The notes under the pieces: model-generated
Databases searched by the model: none
What the model was told of the DNA's origin: nothing
What the model saw: the letters and a program-made list of their open reading frames with translations, nothing else
From: Octopus vulgaris
Lineage: Eukaryota
Reading direction: 5' to 3'
DNA length: 64,000 nt
Assembly: GCA_951406725.2 (NCBI GenBank)
Contig: OX597833.1
Coordinates: 69,378,001 to 69,442,000 of the forward strand
Shown: positions 14,441 through 26,933 of the stretch, piece after piece
Layout of the letters: every line of letters starts with the position of its first letter
Numbering within the stretch: the first letter of the stretch is position 1
Position numbers and translations under genes: made by a program

Positions 14441-15404
14441 GGAGATAGAGAGGAAGAAAGCGAAAGAGATGAAACGGATGTAGGAATGTGATGATTCGGG
14501 ATATATTTAATGCTTTACTAACAATAGAGGTCGAATGACCTTTGTATCACATTCTGCAGAAAGTCCAATGCCGGATTTCGATTACACAGATCCTTGAATA
14601 GAGAAAGTAACATAATGATGATAAAAGGGTTTCCAGCAATGGTATTTCTCGCAAAAACAAAAATATAATTATAAATAAAAATTATGCAAATATAACCTTC
14701 CTACAATAGGTATAACTAAACAAATCGATGCTGCATTTATCAAAACGAAAGCGATTCATGAATATATAAGCGAAAGAACATGAATTGTTTGAAAGCTCAG
14801 AAGGGGTGCATAGAAGCAGCTTATGCTACGATTATTTGAAGGCTTTTTCCACAGGAAGGAAGATCAGATGTTAATAAATCACACAGTAGGAATAATCTGG
14901 AGTACCCTGTCAAAGCCAGATATATACCTCACGCTTGTATAAGTAATGAACACAACGAACTCCAAAACACTGCTCATTCTTGGGATCATTATAGTAGGGT
15001 CGCCAATATCTCAAGTAATTTCACTGTGTCCCCTTATAAAATTCTCCATGTGATTTGACATTGGTGTTTGTCTTGAGAATCTAAGTCTTTACCTGGAAAG
15101 ATTTGCTTTTTGTGTGTGTGTGTTCGTAGAGTGAGTTGAATCTACACAGGATTTCCAACTACCGATTGAAAACTTCCATAATGACATCTTTAAAAGATAA
15201 AATCCTCATTGAAGCAGAAGTCTCAACCCTACATATCGCCTAAGATCTCTTCTGAAAGGGTAAGTACTATAAATAATTAATTACTTTTTAAGATTTCCCT
15301 AAAAGTGTTCGAAAGTTTTCGAGAATTTCAACACAAGATTTAACGAGCTACAATGCATGCTAGAAAACTTCTAGCAATTCATATGTCTACATATAAATAT
15401 ATAT

Positions 15405-15476
<72 letters not shown>

Positions 15477-15917
15477 GAGTATACATAAGAGTGTGTGTGT
15501 TTGTGTGTGTGTGTGTGTGTGTGTTTATGATTCCTTTTATCCTAATACCAATGCTTGGTTATATTGATTACGTCTTCCTCAATTATCTTTTCCGCGAAAG
15601 GACTTATAAAATACGTACGAACCTGAAAAAAATTAAGTACTTGGGCTGATACCATGGAACAAACGCTTGAAGGCGGAGCTCCAGCATGAGCTTAGCGCAA
15701 TGACTGAAACGAAACAAAAGCCCCAAAATTCAGCCGCTATACGCTCGAACTATAAACAATGAAACAGAATGTTTCAGACAATATCGCAAATAATACTGTG
15801 ATTGAAATCTTTGATTCGACAGACGGAAATAAAGTAAAAGAAATACGTAATATTGTAAAGAAATATCAGTGTTTATGCTGGTGCCAATTTGAAAAATCTT
15901 CAGGAGTAAATATATAT

Positions 15918-15966
<49 letters not shown>

Positions 15967-16355
15967 TGTCTGTGTTTGTATATGTGAGCGTGTTTCTCTA
16001 TGTGTATATACGCGTATGTACGTATGTATGTGTGTGAGTATTTTTGTCTGGAGAAGAATGGAGCTACTACACTATTCTATATTGTTAAACTCTCAGAATT
16101 TCGTTAATGTTTACTGTAATGTAGAATTCAAATATATGTCACATGAATTACAAATATAAATATTTTATGATTGTGTTTGCTAATAAGAAATATTGAATTA
16201 TGCATCGACATTAGAAAGCTCTTGAATAAGTGATGTCAATTTTAATGAAAACCTAAATTTACTTTGGAATAATTTCTTTAAATTTGCATAGAAATTATAT
16301 AATTGTATATAGGTCTTACACCGAAATGACACATAAACGATGTTGATATATTATG

Positions 16356-16895
<540 letters not shown>

Positions 16896-17083
16896 AGCAT
16901 CAAACTACGGTTTACCTCTTACACTACCTTTTATGCCGTATACCTTATACCAAGGACCATACTTACTGAGGTAATTACCAGGAGTGTAAATGAATATAAA
17001 ACACGAAATAGCTCTGACAAGAACAGCAAGAACAAATGTAGATATCGGCAAGGAGACAAACAGCAACAGCAGCTACTAATTAA

Positions 17084-17389
17084 GTTTCTTTATTGGCCAC
17101 ACAGGGCTCCACACAGATGGGACAAGTTACAAGGTAGAGCTTTTCTTTTGGGGGATGAAAAAAACAAAAAACAAAAGAAACAAAAAAAGGAGTGGCGTAG
17201 GTTTTCGATCAAGAGGGATCGTAAAAGGGAAGAAAAGAACAAAAAAATATTTAAAAAAAAAAAGAAAAGAAAAAAGAAAAATTAAAAAAAGAAAAGGAAA
17301 AGGAACAAAAGAAAAGAGAAATGAAAAAAGAAGAAAAAAGGGGAAAAAAAGGGGAAGAGGAAAAAAACGATCAATAGGGATCGTGTATC
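17084..17389 (-). mobile_element. 5'-truncated LINE 3'UTR (pyrimidine-rich, possibly L1/Tx1-like) with an 18-bp TSD
   Basis: Perfect direct repeat ACAGCAGCTACTAATTAA at 17066-17083 and 17390-17407. The sense strand is T/C-rich and ends ...TGTGGAGCCCTGTGTGGCCAATAAAGAAAC. Confidence 0.75.
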
Positions 17390-17467
17390 ACAGCAGCTAC
17401 TAATTAAAGACTTCTGAGGATAGAAAGAAATCGAACAGCATTTACAACGATATACGCTACTTACACT

Positions 17468-17780
17468 GGCTCTTCGTCGGTTACGACGACATGGATTCCA
17501 GTTGATCCGATCCAGGGAGCAGCCTGCTTATGAGCTTAACGAGCAAGTGGTTGAGTACTCTACATACATGTGTACCCTTAACGTAGTTCTCGGAGATTCA
17601 GCATGACACAGAGTGTAGCAGGGCTGGGCTTTAAATTACGGGGACAGCTTATTTTCGCCAACTGCGTGAACTGGAGTAACGTGAAACAAAGTTTCTTTCT
17701 CAAAGACACAAAAACACGGCCGTGCAGCGAACTGAAAACCTCACGATCTAAAGCTGTGTACCCTAAACACTAAGCAGCTA
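17468..17780 (-). mobile_element. Diverged tRNA SINE: family D head joined to the tail seen in the family C copy at 25.9 kb
   Basis: Tail matches 26120-26280 (GTTAAGGGTAC, AGCAGGCTG, GTCGTCGTAACCGACG). Head and body match the 19.9-20.2 kb element (CCAGTTCAC.CAG.TGGC.AAAAT). Confidence 0.7.
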
Positions 17781-17873
17781 CCTTCACTCTATATATATAA
17801 TACTATCATAACCAGAAACACAAGTACTTACAATAACACTAGCAACTACAAAAACAAAATATACTACTATACA

Positions 17874-18172
17874 GGCATAGGCGTGAATGTGGGGTAAAGA
17901 CCTTGCTTTCCACCCACACGGTCCCAGGTTCAGTCCGACTGTGTAACTCCTTGGGCAAGTACTTTCTACTATAGCCACGGGCCGACCAAAACCTTCTCAG
18001 TGGATTTGGTAGAGGTAAACTGAAAGAAGCCCGTCGTGTGTGTGTGTGTTTGTCCCCCATCACCGATCGACAACTGGTGTGCTGGAGTCGATTTGTTCGA
18101 CTAAAACCCTTCAAGGTGGTGTTCCAGTATGGCCGTAGTTCAATGATTGAAGCAAGTGAAAGATAAAAGAAC
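17874..18172 (+). mobile_element. SINE family B (CORE-like), internally deleted
   Basis: GGTTCAGTCC...CTTGGGCAAGT...CTATAGCC.CGGGCCGACCAAA...GGATTTGGTAGA...CCAGTATGGCCGTAG. Confidence 0.85.
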
Positions 18173-18190
18173 AGACGCCCGTTATCAACA

Positions 18191-18255
<65 letters not shown>

Positions 18256-18995
18256 CAACAACAATTTACTGATAAATGGTGGATTGTTATCACTGCTGAC
18301 TTGAAGTGAATAATATCCGAAACAACGTAGCGTTCCATAGATAACGCTTTAACACTGTTGAAGGGGGAGAGTAATATGCATGAATAATAACTCCTGTTGT
18401 ATATTTGATCAATTCTGTATCCCGTAATACACTTGTTATATAATTGCCGTCCACTTTGCATCATTTCTGTGGTATATTATCCTTTCAACTGGCAGATATG
18501 TATATATATTATTAAGAATCTGTCGGCAACGTTATTAAGTAATATCTCTTCTGAAGCAAAATGCAAAAAGTGTCTGAAAAACGATAATATGATCTACGCG
18601 AACAATTTTATACACTTTAGCATAAAATGTTCATTTCTTCAAGTTGAGGATGGACATTTGTTTTCGTTTTGTCTCTTTTGCTTTTTGTTCTGTTTCTGTT
18701 TCACATGTGATAAATGTCTAAATTCCTAGCAATGAATATCCTCGTCTCCGACGACTAATTTGATTCTGTCGATAATCCATTTGGCAAATATGCAATATTC
18801 CTCTTATAACAATATTTCCTGTTACCTATTTATGTAAAAACCCAATAAGGAGAGGATGAATCAAGATTAACATGTTCAAATTACAAACCTGTTATGATCA
18901 GGATTTGGTTTCGTTTACAGGCAACATATATACGCTTCTAATCCTTATCAATATCAATAAAACCCTAACTAATTTAAAGATAATAAAAAAAAAAA

Positions 18996-19632
18996 TAGTT
19001 ATCCCTCGACTATCACGTGTGTTACGTTCCAAAACTTCCCACAATAGAAGTACTGTACTGTATATAATTTTATTTTATAATTTGTCTGTCTATATGTCTA
19101 TCTAACTATCTATCTATTTATTTTTATAATTTATAATTTTTTTATTTTTATAATTATTTTTATAATTATAATTCTATTTTTAAAATATATTTTTATAATT
19201 TTTTTTTATTTTTATAATTTTATAATTTTTTAATTTTATAATTTTATTTTTATAATTTATATTTATTTTATTATAAATACAAAACAGCACCACACACTCG
19301 TCACCCGAGTTTCGTTTTCCATAAAATATGAGAGGTTCTTTATTTCATCATCTACGGTACGCTACGTATTTTATTTGGATATATTTTAATTAATGTGTTA
19401 CAGATTGCAGTGTTGTACCGTATTCTTATTAATTAATCAATTAATTTTTAGGCGTGAATGCTCATTTTACCACAGAAATAATTAACATCTAAAAACATAT
19501 ATGTACCTCTCGGCCGCAGGAACCCGCGATATACTGAGGAGCCGGCGATATAAATTTGCATATATTAGCCAGAAAAATCCGCGATGTACTGAGGGCGCGT
19601 TAGGTGAACCGTGGTATAGCGAGTGATTACTG
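18996..19632. mobile_element. Non-autonomous Tigger/pogo-like DNA transposon (MITE)
   Basis: Imperfect terminal inverted repeats: TAGTTATCCCTCGACTATCACG at the left and CGTGGTATAGCGAGTGATTACTG (rc CAGTAATCACTCGCTATACCACG) at the right. Subterminal CCGCGAT repeats and an AT-rich interior. Confidence 0.7.
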
Positions 19633-19923
19633 TGTTAACATTAAAGGATTTTCAACAAAATATCGTTTCTTTCAATTAATACAGCCAATCGTATAAATGA
19701 TTTAAACCACTGGCTGCTGTTAGCGTTCTCAGCTTTGATATATTCTAACCTGCGGGAGAATAATTTGAGAATAAGGGGAGATAATCTAAAATTTAGATAA
19801 TTTACAACAAATGTTGCATTACGTCGTGTATAGGATTAGTAAAAACTCAAAGGAGATGAACCACATGTAGGCTTATGTAGGTAGCAGTTGAGATAAACTA
19901 AACTAACTTACATAAGTAACATA

Positions 19924-20181
19924 AAATAAATAATAAATGTGCCCTTTTAAAGCCTAGCTAGGCTCATGGGCCCGGTTTCCCGGTTTCTATGGCGTATGTG
20001 TTCCCCAGCTGGACGGGACGCCAGTCCATCGCAACGTTACTCATTTTTGCCAGCTGAGTGAACTGGAACAACGCGAAATGAAGTGTCTTGCTCAAGAACA
20101 ACGTGTCGCCCGGTCCAGGAATCGAAACCACAATCTTACGATCACGGTGTTGACACCCTAACCACTAAGTCACGCGCCTCC
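19924..20181 (-). mobile_element. Full-length tRNA SINE, family D, with a 14-bp TSD
   Basis: Reverse complement reads GGAGGCGCGTGACTTAGTGGTTAGGG...GGTTTCGATTCC...TTCTTGAGCAAGACACTT...GCGATGGACTGGCGTCCCGTCCAG. TSD ACATAAGTAACATA at 19910-19923 and 20182-20195. Confidence 0.92.
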
Positions 20182-20751
20182 ACATAAGTAACATACATTA
20201 TTGTTAATTCGTGGAGTAATTTACATAAATAACGGCAAATACTTTATTGTGTCGTGTCTACAAGGGAGATAACCTTACAAGGGAGATAAAGTAGAATTCC
20301 AAGAAACGTACGTAACATGTAGTATTATTTCCCGTTGAAAATTAATTGCGCTATGACTCAAAGGTTTATTTATATATGGGGACAACGTAGCCAACATTCA
20401 TAGGGAATTGGTGATGAAAAATATGTCTTCAGGTGTCGGTTACGTGTTGATTATATTTTCGAGGAATATGTTGAAGTAACTTTTGAAGGTTTCATTTTCT
20501 CAGGAATGCTTTTTGTATAGCGTGGAAGAACTTAAAGGTAAAATTACAATATTGCCCTCAAATTATGTAAAACGGAAATTGGTGCGAGAACCCAGTCTTG
20601 CTTAATTTGTTTGCAAAGATCTAATTAAATTTATTTCAGCACATTTCTATAAACAATGCTGAGTTATTGGTGAGATTGAACCGAAGAGGACCTGGAATTT
20701 CCAATGTGATCTCCGTAATCAGACCCCATTAATAATACAGAGCGTGGGAAG

Positions 20752-21330
20752 GTGCATGCTGGCAGAATCGTTAGCACGCCGGACAAAATGCTCAGCGGTG
20801 CTACGTCTGCTGCTACGTTATGAGTTCAAATTCTGCCGAGGTCGAATTTTTACCGTTCGTCATTTCGGGGTCGATTAAATAAGTACCAGTTACGCACTGG
20901 GGTCCATATATTCGACGTAATCCGTTTGTTTGTCCTTGTTTGTCCTCTCTGTGTTTAGCCCCTTGTGGGTAGTAAAGAAATAGGTATTTCGTCTGCCGCT
21001 ACGTTCTGAGTTCAAATTCCGCCTAGGTTGACATTACCGTTCGTCCTTTCAGGGTCGATTAAATAAGTACCAGTTACGCACTGGGGCCTATATACTCGAC
21101 TTAATCCGTGTGTCTGTTCTTGTTTGTCCTCTCTGTGTTTAGCCCCTTGTGGGTAGTAAAGAAATAGGTATCATGTCCATCATTACTTTCTAAGTTCAAA
21201 AATTCGTCGAGGTTGATTTGCCTTTTATTATTTCGGGAGGGAAGCGGTCGATAAAGTAACTACCAGCTGAGAACTAGAGGTCGATTTATCGATGTACCCA
21301 CGGAATTGCCGACCTTACGCTAAAATTTTA
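20752..21330 (+). mobile_element. SINE family A concatemer (head plus 2 long-tail units plus a degenerate third unit)
   Basis: The ~187-bp unit is repeated. The junction ...GTAGTAAAGAAATAG|GTATTTCGTCTGCC lies at about 20982. Confidence 0.9.
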
Positions 21331-21714
21331 AACGTTTAATATAGAGTGTAAGCCAACCCCACCCCCCACCCCCACCGCCAAAAAAAAACAGAATCGTTGG
21401 AGCATCGTGAAAATGTGTTACCTTATTCGTTTTCGCTATTTGCACCTTTGTTTCAAATCGAACCAGAGTCAAATTCGGTTTTCATTCTTTTCCACGATGT
21501 TATCATCTTCCCTCTCGTCTCATAATTGCTGGTCTTTTATCTAAATACTAAGCAATCAATAGAAAAGCGGCAAAAGCAGCGACGGCGGTGAAGGAAGAGA
21601 ATAACTGTTAGACTGGGCAGAAAGATTAGAATTATCTCGACTAAGTCGACTTGAATTTGATTACATCACTTAACATTCGCAATTCCAATTCTGCAGCAGC
21701 AGCAGCGGCAGCAG

Positions 21715-21857
21715 TAGTACTAGTGGTGGTGGTGGTGGTGGGTGGTTTTGGTGGTGGGTGGTTTTGGTGGTGGGTGGTGGTGGTAGTTTTGGTGGTAGGT
21801 GGTGGTGGTGGTTTTGGTGGTGGGTGGTGTGTGGTGGTCATGGTGGTCGTGGTTGTG

Positions 21858-21890
<33 letters not shown>
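21715..21890. repeat. (GGT)n/(GTA)n microsatellite
   Basis: Directly visible. Confidence 0.93.
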
Positions 21891-21891
<1 letters not shown>

Positions 21892-22089
21892 CAATGGTTG
21901 GTGGCTGTTTTGTAGCATTGTGAATTACTTTGGAAAACGTATCGCGATTGGGAACAAGGACCAAGTGACGCGTACTTATCAGTTAAACCAGAACAATCCA
22001 TTGTAATACTCGTGGATTAACTTCGGAGGTGATATTTGACCGGCAGCCATAAGGAAAGCCATAATAAAAACTTAGTTTTAAGTGTTTCT

Positions 22090-22100
22090 CATCATCGGCG

Positions 22101-22159
<59 letters not shown>

Positions 22160-22876
22160 GTCATCATCGTCATCGTCGTTATCAGTATTGTCCTCATTAT
22201 CTTCATTATATTCAGAGATTTCGATGGTTTCACCATTGTGGACGTCTACGACATCGTCACAATTGTTGGGTTCAGCATCATCATCATCATCGGCGGCAGC
22301 GGCAGCAGCATCAACATCACCAAAGTCGTCGAGTTGCCGTTATCATCATCATCAGCAGCAGCAGCATCTTCTTCTTCATCTTCATCATCACCAACACCAC
22401 CATCATCATCACCATCATCAACATCATCTTCATCATCACCACCACATCCATCATTATCACCATTATCATCATCACCATTACCAACAACATCATCATCATC
22501 ATCATCATCCTCATCATCACTATTATTATTCTCATTATTATTATCATCATCATCACCACCACCATCATCATCACCATCATTATTTTCATCATCATCATTG
22601 ACATAATCGTCGTCGTTTTCATCATCATCGTCATCGAAGAAGAAGAAGAAGAAGAAGAAAAAGAAGAAGAAGAAGAAGAAGAAGAAGAAGAAGAAGAAGA
22701 AGAAGAAGAAGAAGAAGAAGAAGAAGAAGAAGAAAAAGAAGAAGAAGAAGAAGAAGAAGAAGATGAAGAAGAAGAAGAAGAAGAAGAAGAAGAAGAAGAA
22801 GAAGAAGAAGAAGAAGAAGAAGAAGAAGAAGAAGAAGAAGAAGAAGAAGAAGAAGAAGAAGAAGAAGAAGAAGAAG
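22090..22876. repeat. (CAT)n imperfect array followed by a ~240-bp (GAA)n array
   Basis: Directly visible. It explains the 294-aa poly-H/I/E ORF. Confidence 0.96.
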
Positions 22877-23505
22877 AGTATCAGTACAGATTTACGTATA
22901 ATTTTGGCCGGAAGCTGTAGTAATGGTGTCAGTAATATCACCGTGATGATGTGAGTCGGATTTGTTAAAATGTTGCCATACATAAGCGAGCTGGATGTCA
23001 GGTGAATTGCCGTGTTCAACGAACCGTTACGTTTGAAAGGAAAAATCCGGTCCTTTCACTACAGTTGTTAAACATGAAGCATATTACTTGTTTGTTTAAT
23101 ACTACTACTACTACATAAATATTTACCTGAAAAGTGTTAAAAGCATGAGAAGATGTCGGTTTTATTCTGAAAAATTGTATACTTTATTCTGTTCTATAAA
23201 AACATTAAAGCACTTGTAATGTTTTAATATGTAATATTGGAAAATTGTAAAAACTCTAAGGTAAATGGAAAAGTCGGATTATGTTGGAATGTTGACCGAC
23301 TAATATATATTTATAGGCGTAGGAGTGGCTATGTGGTAAGTAGATTGCATACCGAGCACATGATTTCAGCTTCAGTGTCTTCTACTATAGCCTCGGGCCG
23401 ACCAAAGCCTTGCGAGTGGATTTGGTAAACGGAAACTGAAAGAAACCCGCCGTATATATATATATATATATGTGTGATGTTGGAAGGACAAGCACAGACA
23501 CACAT

Positions 23506-23707
23506 GTTGATTCGCTAGCTTCTGCACGCATTGTTTTCTCCCCTTGTTTCTCTCCGTGTTTCTTTTCTGTGTATCTTTCTGTCGAAGAGCGTAGGCTCGA
23601 AACGTAAAAGACTTGTTTTATTTATATTCCTGAGCGCCATACTAATACAATTGTTTGTTTGTATTCCACCTGCCTTCGTCTTTTGTTTATTTTCATAAAG
23701 CTTCCCG

Positions 23708-23709
<2 letters not shown>
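23506..23709 (+). mobile_element. Penelope-like pseudo-LTR fragment nested in SINE B
   Basis: Contains a minimal hammerhead motif. Shares CCTGAGCG...TAATAC...TTCCAC with the element at 36.8-37.0 kb and ends directly into (TA)n. Confidence 0.7.
23574..23611 (+). ncRNA. Minimal type I hammerhead ribozyme motif
   Basis: TCTTT-CTGTCGA-A-GAGC(GTAG)GCTC-GAAAC-GT-A-AAAGA: 5-bp stem I, 4-bp stem II, palindromic ACGT stem III, GUA cleavage triplet. Core A6 is U here. Confidence 0.65.
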
Positions 23710-23755
<46 letters not shown>

Positions 23756-23947
23756 AGGTGTGTGTGTGTGTGTATGTGTGTATGTGTGTCCTTCCAACAT
23801 CACTTAACAGAAAGAATAAATACGAGGCTTACAAAAGATTAGTTCCGGGGTCGACTAAAGGTGATGCTCCAGCATGGCCGCAGTCAAATGACTGTAGCAA
23901 GAAAGGAAAAAGAAAAAAAAGAACATATATATATATATAGATATATA

Positions 23948-25060
23948 TTGGGTTGGCAACTAAACTCCCGTCGTTTTTTTTTTTTAGATTTAAATTATTT
24001 AAAAGTTTTAATAAAAATATATTCACCTTTGCTGTTTACAACTTCTTCCCAATGTTCAACGAGATTTTGAATACCTGTTGGTAGAAATCACCCGATTTCG
24101 ACTCGAAAAATTAATCCAACCAAGCTTTCAATTCTGCATCAATATTGAACGAATCTCCACGCATAACATTTGAATGAGATCGAAAGATGTTGGAAACCGT
24201 TGCTGCGAAATCAGGAGAGTACGGCGAGTAGGGCAGCACTTCCCAGTCATGTGTTTGAATGGCTTCCTTGGTCATATTGGCGATATGAGGGCGGGGGTTG
24301 TCGTGCAGCAGAAGAACTCCATGCTGACGGTTAGGTCTTTTCTCTTGAATAGCCGTGTTGAGTCGTTGCATCTGTTGAATATAGAGTTCCGCGTTGACCG
24401 TTTGGTTCCGTTCAAGCAATTCGTAATGGATAATCCCTTTCCCGTCCCACCATAAGCACAACATCGTTTTACGCGGATGAAGATCTTGTTTCACGTGCGG
24501 TGTCGCTTGTTTATCGGGGCTAAGCCATTCCTTACGTTGCCTCATATTGGTGTACAGTCACCATATTTCGTCGCGAGTAACGATTCCGTAGAGCGACCGT
24601 TGCTTGTGTCCATGAGTTGAGCGGTGACAAGCAAGCAAACCAGCGGAGATTGTGGCACGTTGATTTTTGTTGTTGTCACTTAAATCATACGGAACCCATG
24701 CTCCATACTTCTGAACCTTTCCCATCGAGTGAAGATGCTTCTCTATAGCAGTGTGGAAGCATTCCAGTTTCTCTGCCAGTTGTCGTTTGACGAGAATTTT
24801 CTTGCAAAAGTTGTTTTAATCGCTCTTCTGCGAACTCAACCTGACGGCCAGGACGAGGTGCTTGTTTAAGGTCAAAAATTTCCATTTTTGAACTTGGCAT
24901 ATCAATCACGAGCGGTTCTTTCAGCTATGGCACCCTCTCCATATACAGCACAAATGTCGCAAGCAGCTTTTGCGGCCTCAGAACCTTGATTAAAAACAAA
25001 AAGAATGAGGTGTCGAAAATTCTCATTTTTCTTAATGATCTGAAAATAAACAAAAATTAA
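23948..25060 (-). mobile_element. Mariner transposon, disrupted transposase, one TIR retained
   Basis: Frameshifted transposase: HTH (FRHLILF..AAKAACDICAVYGEGAIAERT), GAWVPY, KTMLCLWWDGKGIIHYELL, LLHDNPRPH, PYSPYSPDFA. TIR TTGGGTTGGCAACTAA follows a TA at 23946-23947. Confidence 0.95.
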
Positions 25061-25900
25061 CAAAAAGTTCACCGTATCGCGAATGTTTGTAAAATCCACC
25101 GAGCTGGACTGGAAATGTAGTTTTCCTTTCTCCCTTCCTCTTCCTTCTTAATCTTGTAATTGATTTATCCTCTACCACAAAGAATGCTGGGCTAGTGCTA
25201 AAATTTGAAAGTAATATTTACCTTAATGTTTGCAACACTAGGTAAATGTTTAAAATACAACTTGGTGATGCTCTGAAATGCATAGTGAGCGATGTTTCTG
25301 GAGTTTCAAGGGCTTTCGGATCTTTCAGCATTAGACCCTGTCGCAATTGGCACTCGATCGAGCCCCAGGTTGCGTTCCAATAACAGCAAACGACTGGTCT
25401 ACACTCTTTATGCAAAGTCACCTAGGAGCTCTTTCTGCAGCTTCAGAATATTTTAATGATCTTAACCTGTTGTGTAGCTCATTATCGGAATCTATTTTTG
25501 CAAATCCAATCAACTTTATGAAGATACATATTATTGCGTATCAAAATAGAAATATTATCTCAGACTATGAATATTTAAAGGGTACCGCAATATTATATGT
25601 TTTTGCGATCGATTCTGTTCTTTTCCGCAATATATTTTAACAATATCAGGTTAGTGTGCATCAAAATCAAATTCAATAAAAAATATTTGGTGGCTTCATT
25701 AAAGTTATGTTTCAAGCAATATATAACCGACGCTCTGTTGTTCCATTTTGTACGTTTGCTATTTTCTGAGTATCAGTGTTGAATTTAACAAATATGTTTT
25801 TTATTGATTAATCCTTGTTCTCCTTTAGTGGTTACTTGTGATATTAGTCGAAATATTTCTCTGATATCCTTGATAGTCACGTTAGATTTACTAGGTGCAA

Positions 25901-26287
25901 GTGGAGGCGCAATGGCCCAGTGGTTAGGGCAGCGGATTCGCGGTCGTGGGATCGCGGTTTCGATCTCCAGACCGGGCGTTGTGAGTGTTTATTGAGCGAA
26001 AACACCTAAAGCTCTACGAGGCTCGGGCAGGGGATGGTGGTGATCCCTGCTGTACTCTTTCACCACAACTTTCTCTCACTCTTACTTCCTGTTTCTGTTG
26101 TACCTGTATTTCAAAGGGCCGGCCTTGTCACTCTCTGTGTCACGCTAAATATCCCTGAGAACTACGTTAAGGGTACGCGTGTCTGTGGAATGCTCAGCCA
26201 CTTACACGTTAATTTCACGAGCAGGCTGTTCCGTTGATCCGGATTAACCGGAACCCTCGTCGTCGTAACCGACGGAGTGCTTCCACC
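25901..26287 (+). mobile_element. Full-length tRNA-derived SINE, family C, with an 11-bp TSD
   Basis: GGAGGCGCAATGGCCCAGTGGTTAGGGCAGCGGATTCGCGG...GGTTTCGATCTCC (A and B boxes). TSD ACTAGGTGCAA at 25890-25900 and 26288-26298. Confidence 0.93.
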
Positions 26288-26515
26288 ACTAGGTGCAAAG
26301 AGAGAATCTGTGCCCTGTTTCCTTTTATCTAACATGCCTACGCTTAATTTTCCTCACCATAAATAGTATTATGTCGCAATACTACACAGTGGCTGTGTGA
26401 GCTACAAAATCATCGTCGACACTGTTATGTTGCACGTTCGGATGACCTCTACTCAACCCTACTCTACTGCTACCCCACGATGTCTAGACTTCTCCTTCTA
26501 TATCTACGTATTGGG

Positions 26516-26933
26516 AATGCAGCGAGCTGGCAGAAACGTTAGCACGCAGGGGAGAAATGCGTAACCGTATTTCGTCTGTCGTTACGTTCCGAGTTCAAAT
26601 TCCCCCGAGGTCGACTTTGCCTTTCATCCTTTCGGGGTCGATAAATAAAGTACCAGTTACGCACTGGGGTCGATGTAATCGACTTAATCCCTTTGTCTGT
26701 CCTTGTTTATCCCCTTTGTGTTTGGCCCCTTGTGGGTAGTAAAGAAACAGGTATTTCGTCTGTCGTTACATCCTGAGTTCAAATTCCACCGAAGTCGACT
26801 TTGCCTTTCATCCTTCCGGGGTCTATAAATTAAGCACCAGTTATGCACTGAGGTCGATGTAATCAACTTAATCCGTTCGTCTGTCCTTGTTTGTCCCCTC
26901 TGTGTTTAGCCCATTGTGTGCAATAAAGAAATA
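26516..26933 (+). mobile_element. SINE family A dimer (head plus 2 units) with a 17-bp TSD
   Basis: Perfect TATATCTACGTATTGGG at 26499-26515 and 26934-26950. Internal junction AAAGAAACAG|GTATTTCGTC. Confidence 0.95.

Larger units (their letters stand above)
23316..23922 (+). mobile_element. SINE family B split by an insertion into its internal TA/TG microsatellite
   Basis: 5' half at 23316-23455 (GGCGTAGGAGTGGCT...GGAAACTGAAAGAA). 3' half at about 23757-23922 (GGGGTCGACTAAAGGTGATGCTCCAGCATGGCCGCAGTCAAATGACTG). Confidence 0.85.

Noticed and set aside
16960-17022. Possible second hammerhead (CTGAGG...CGAAATAGCTCTG)
   Set aside because: The core boxes and stems do not fit convincingly.
17155-17403. 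Lys/Arg-rich 82-aa ORF (protamine-like look)
   Set aside because: It is the antisense of a T-rich retroelement 3'UTR bounded by a TSD.
22036-23019. 294-aa and 257-aa ORFs (poly-H/I/E, poly-F/D)
   Set aside because: Open only because they run through (CAT)n and (GAA)n arrays; no domain content.
25901-25975. tRNA gene-like sequence
   Set aside because: It is the head of a TSD-flanked SINE with a second copy at 50.7 kb, not a standalone tRNA.
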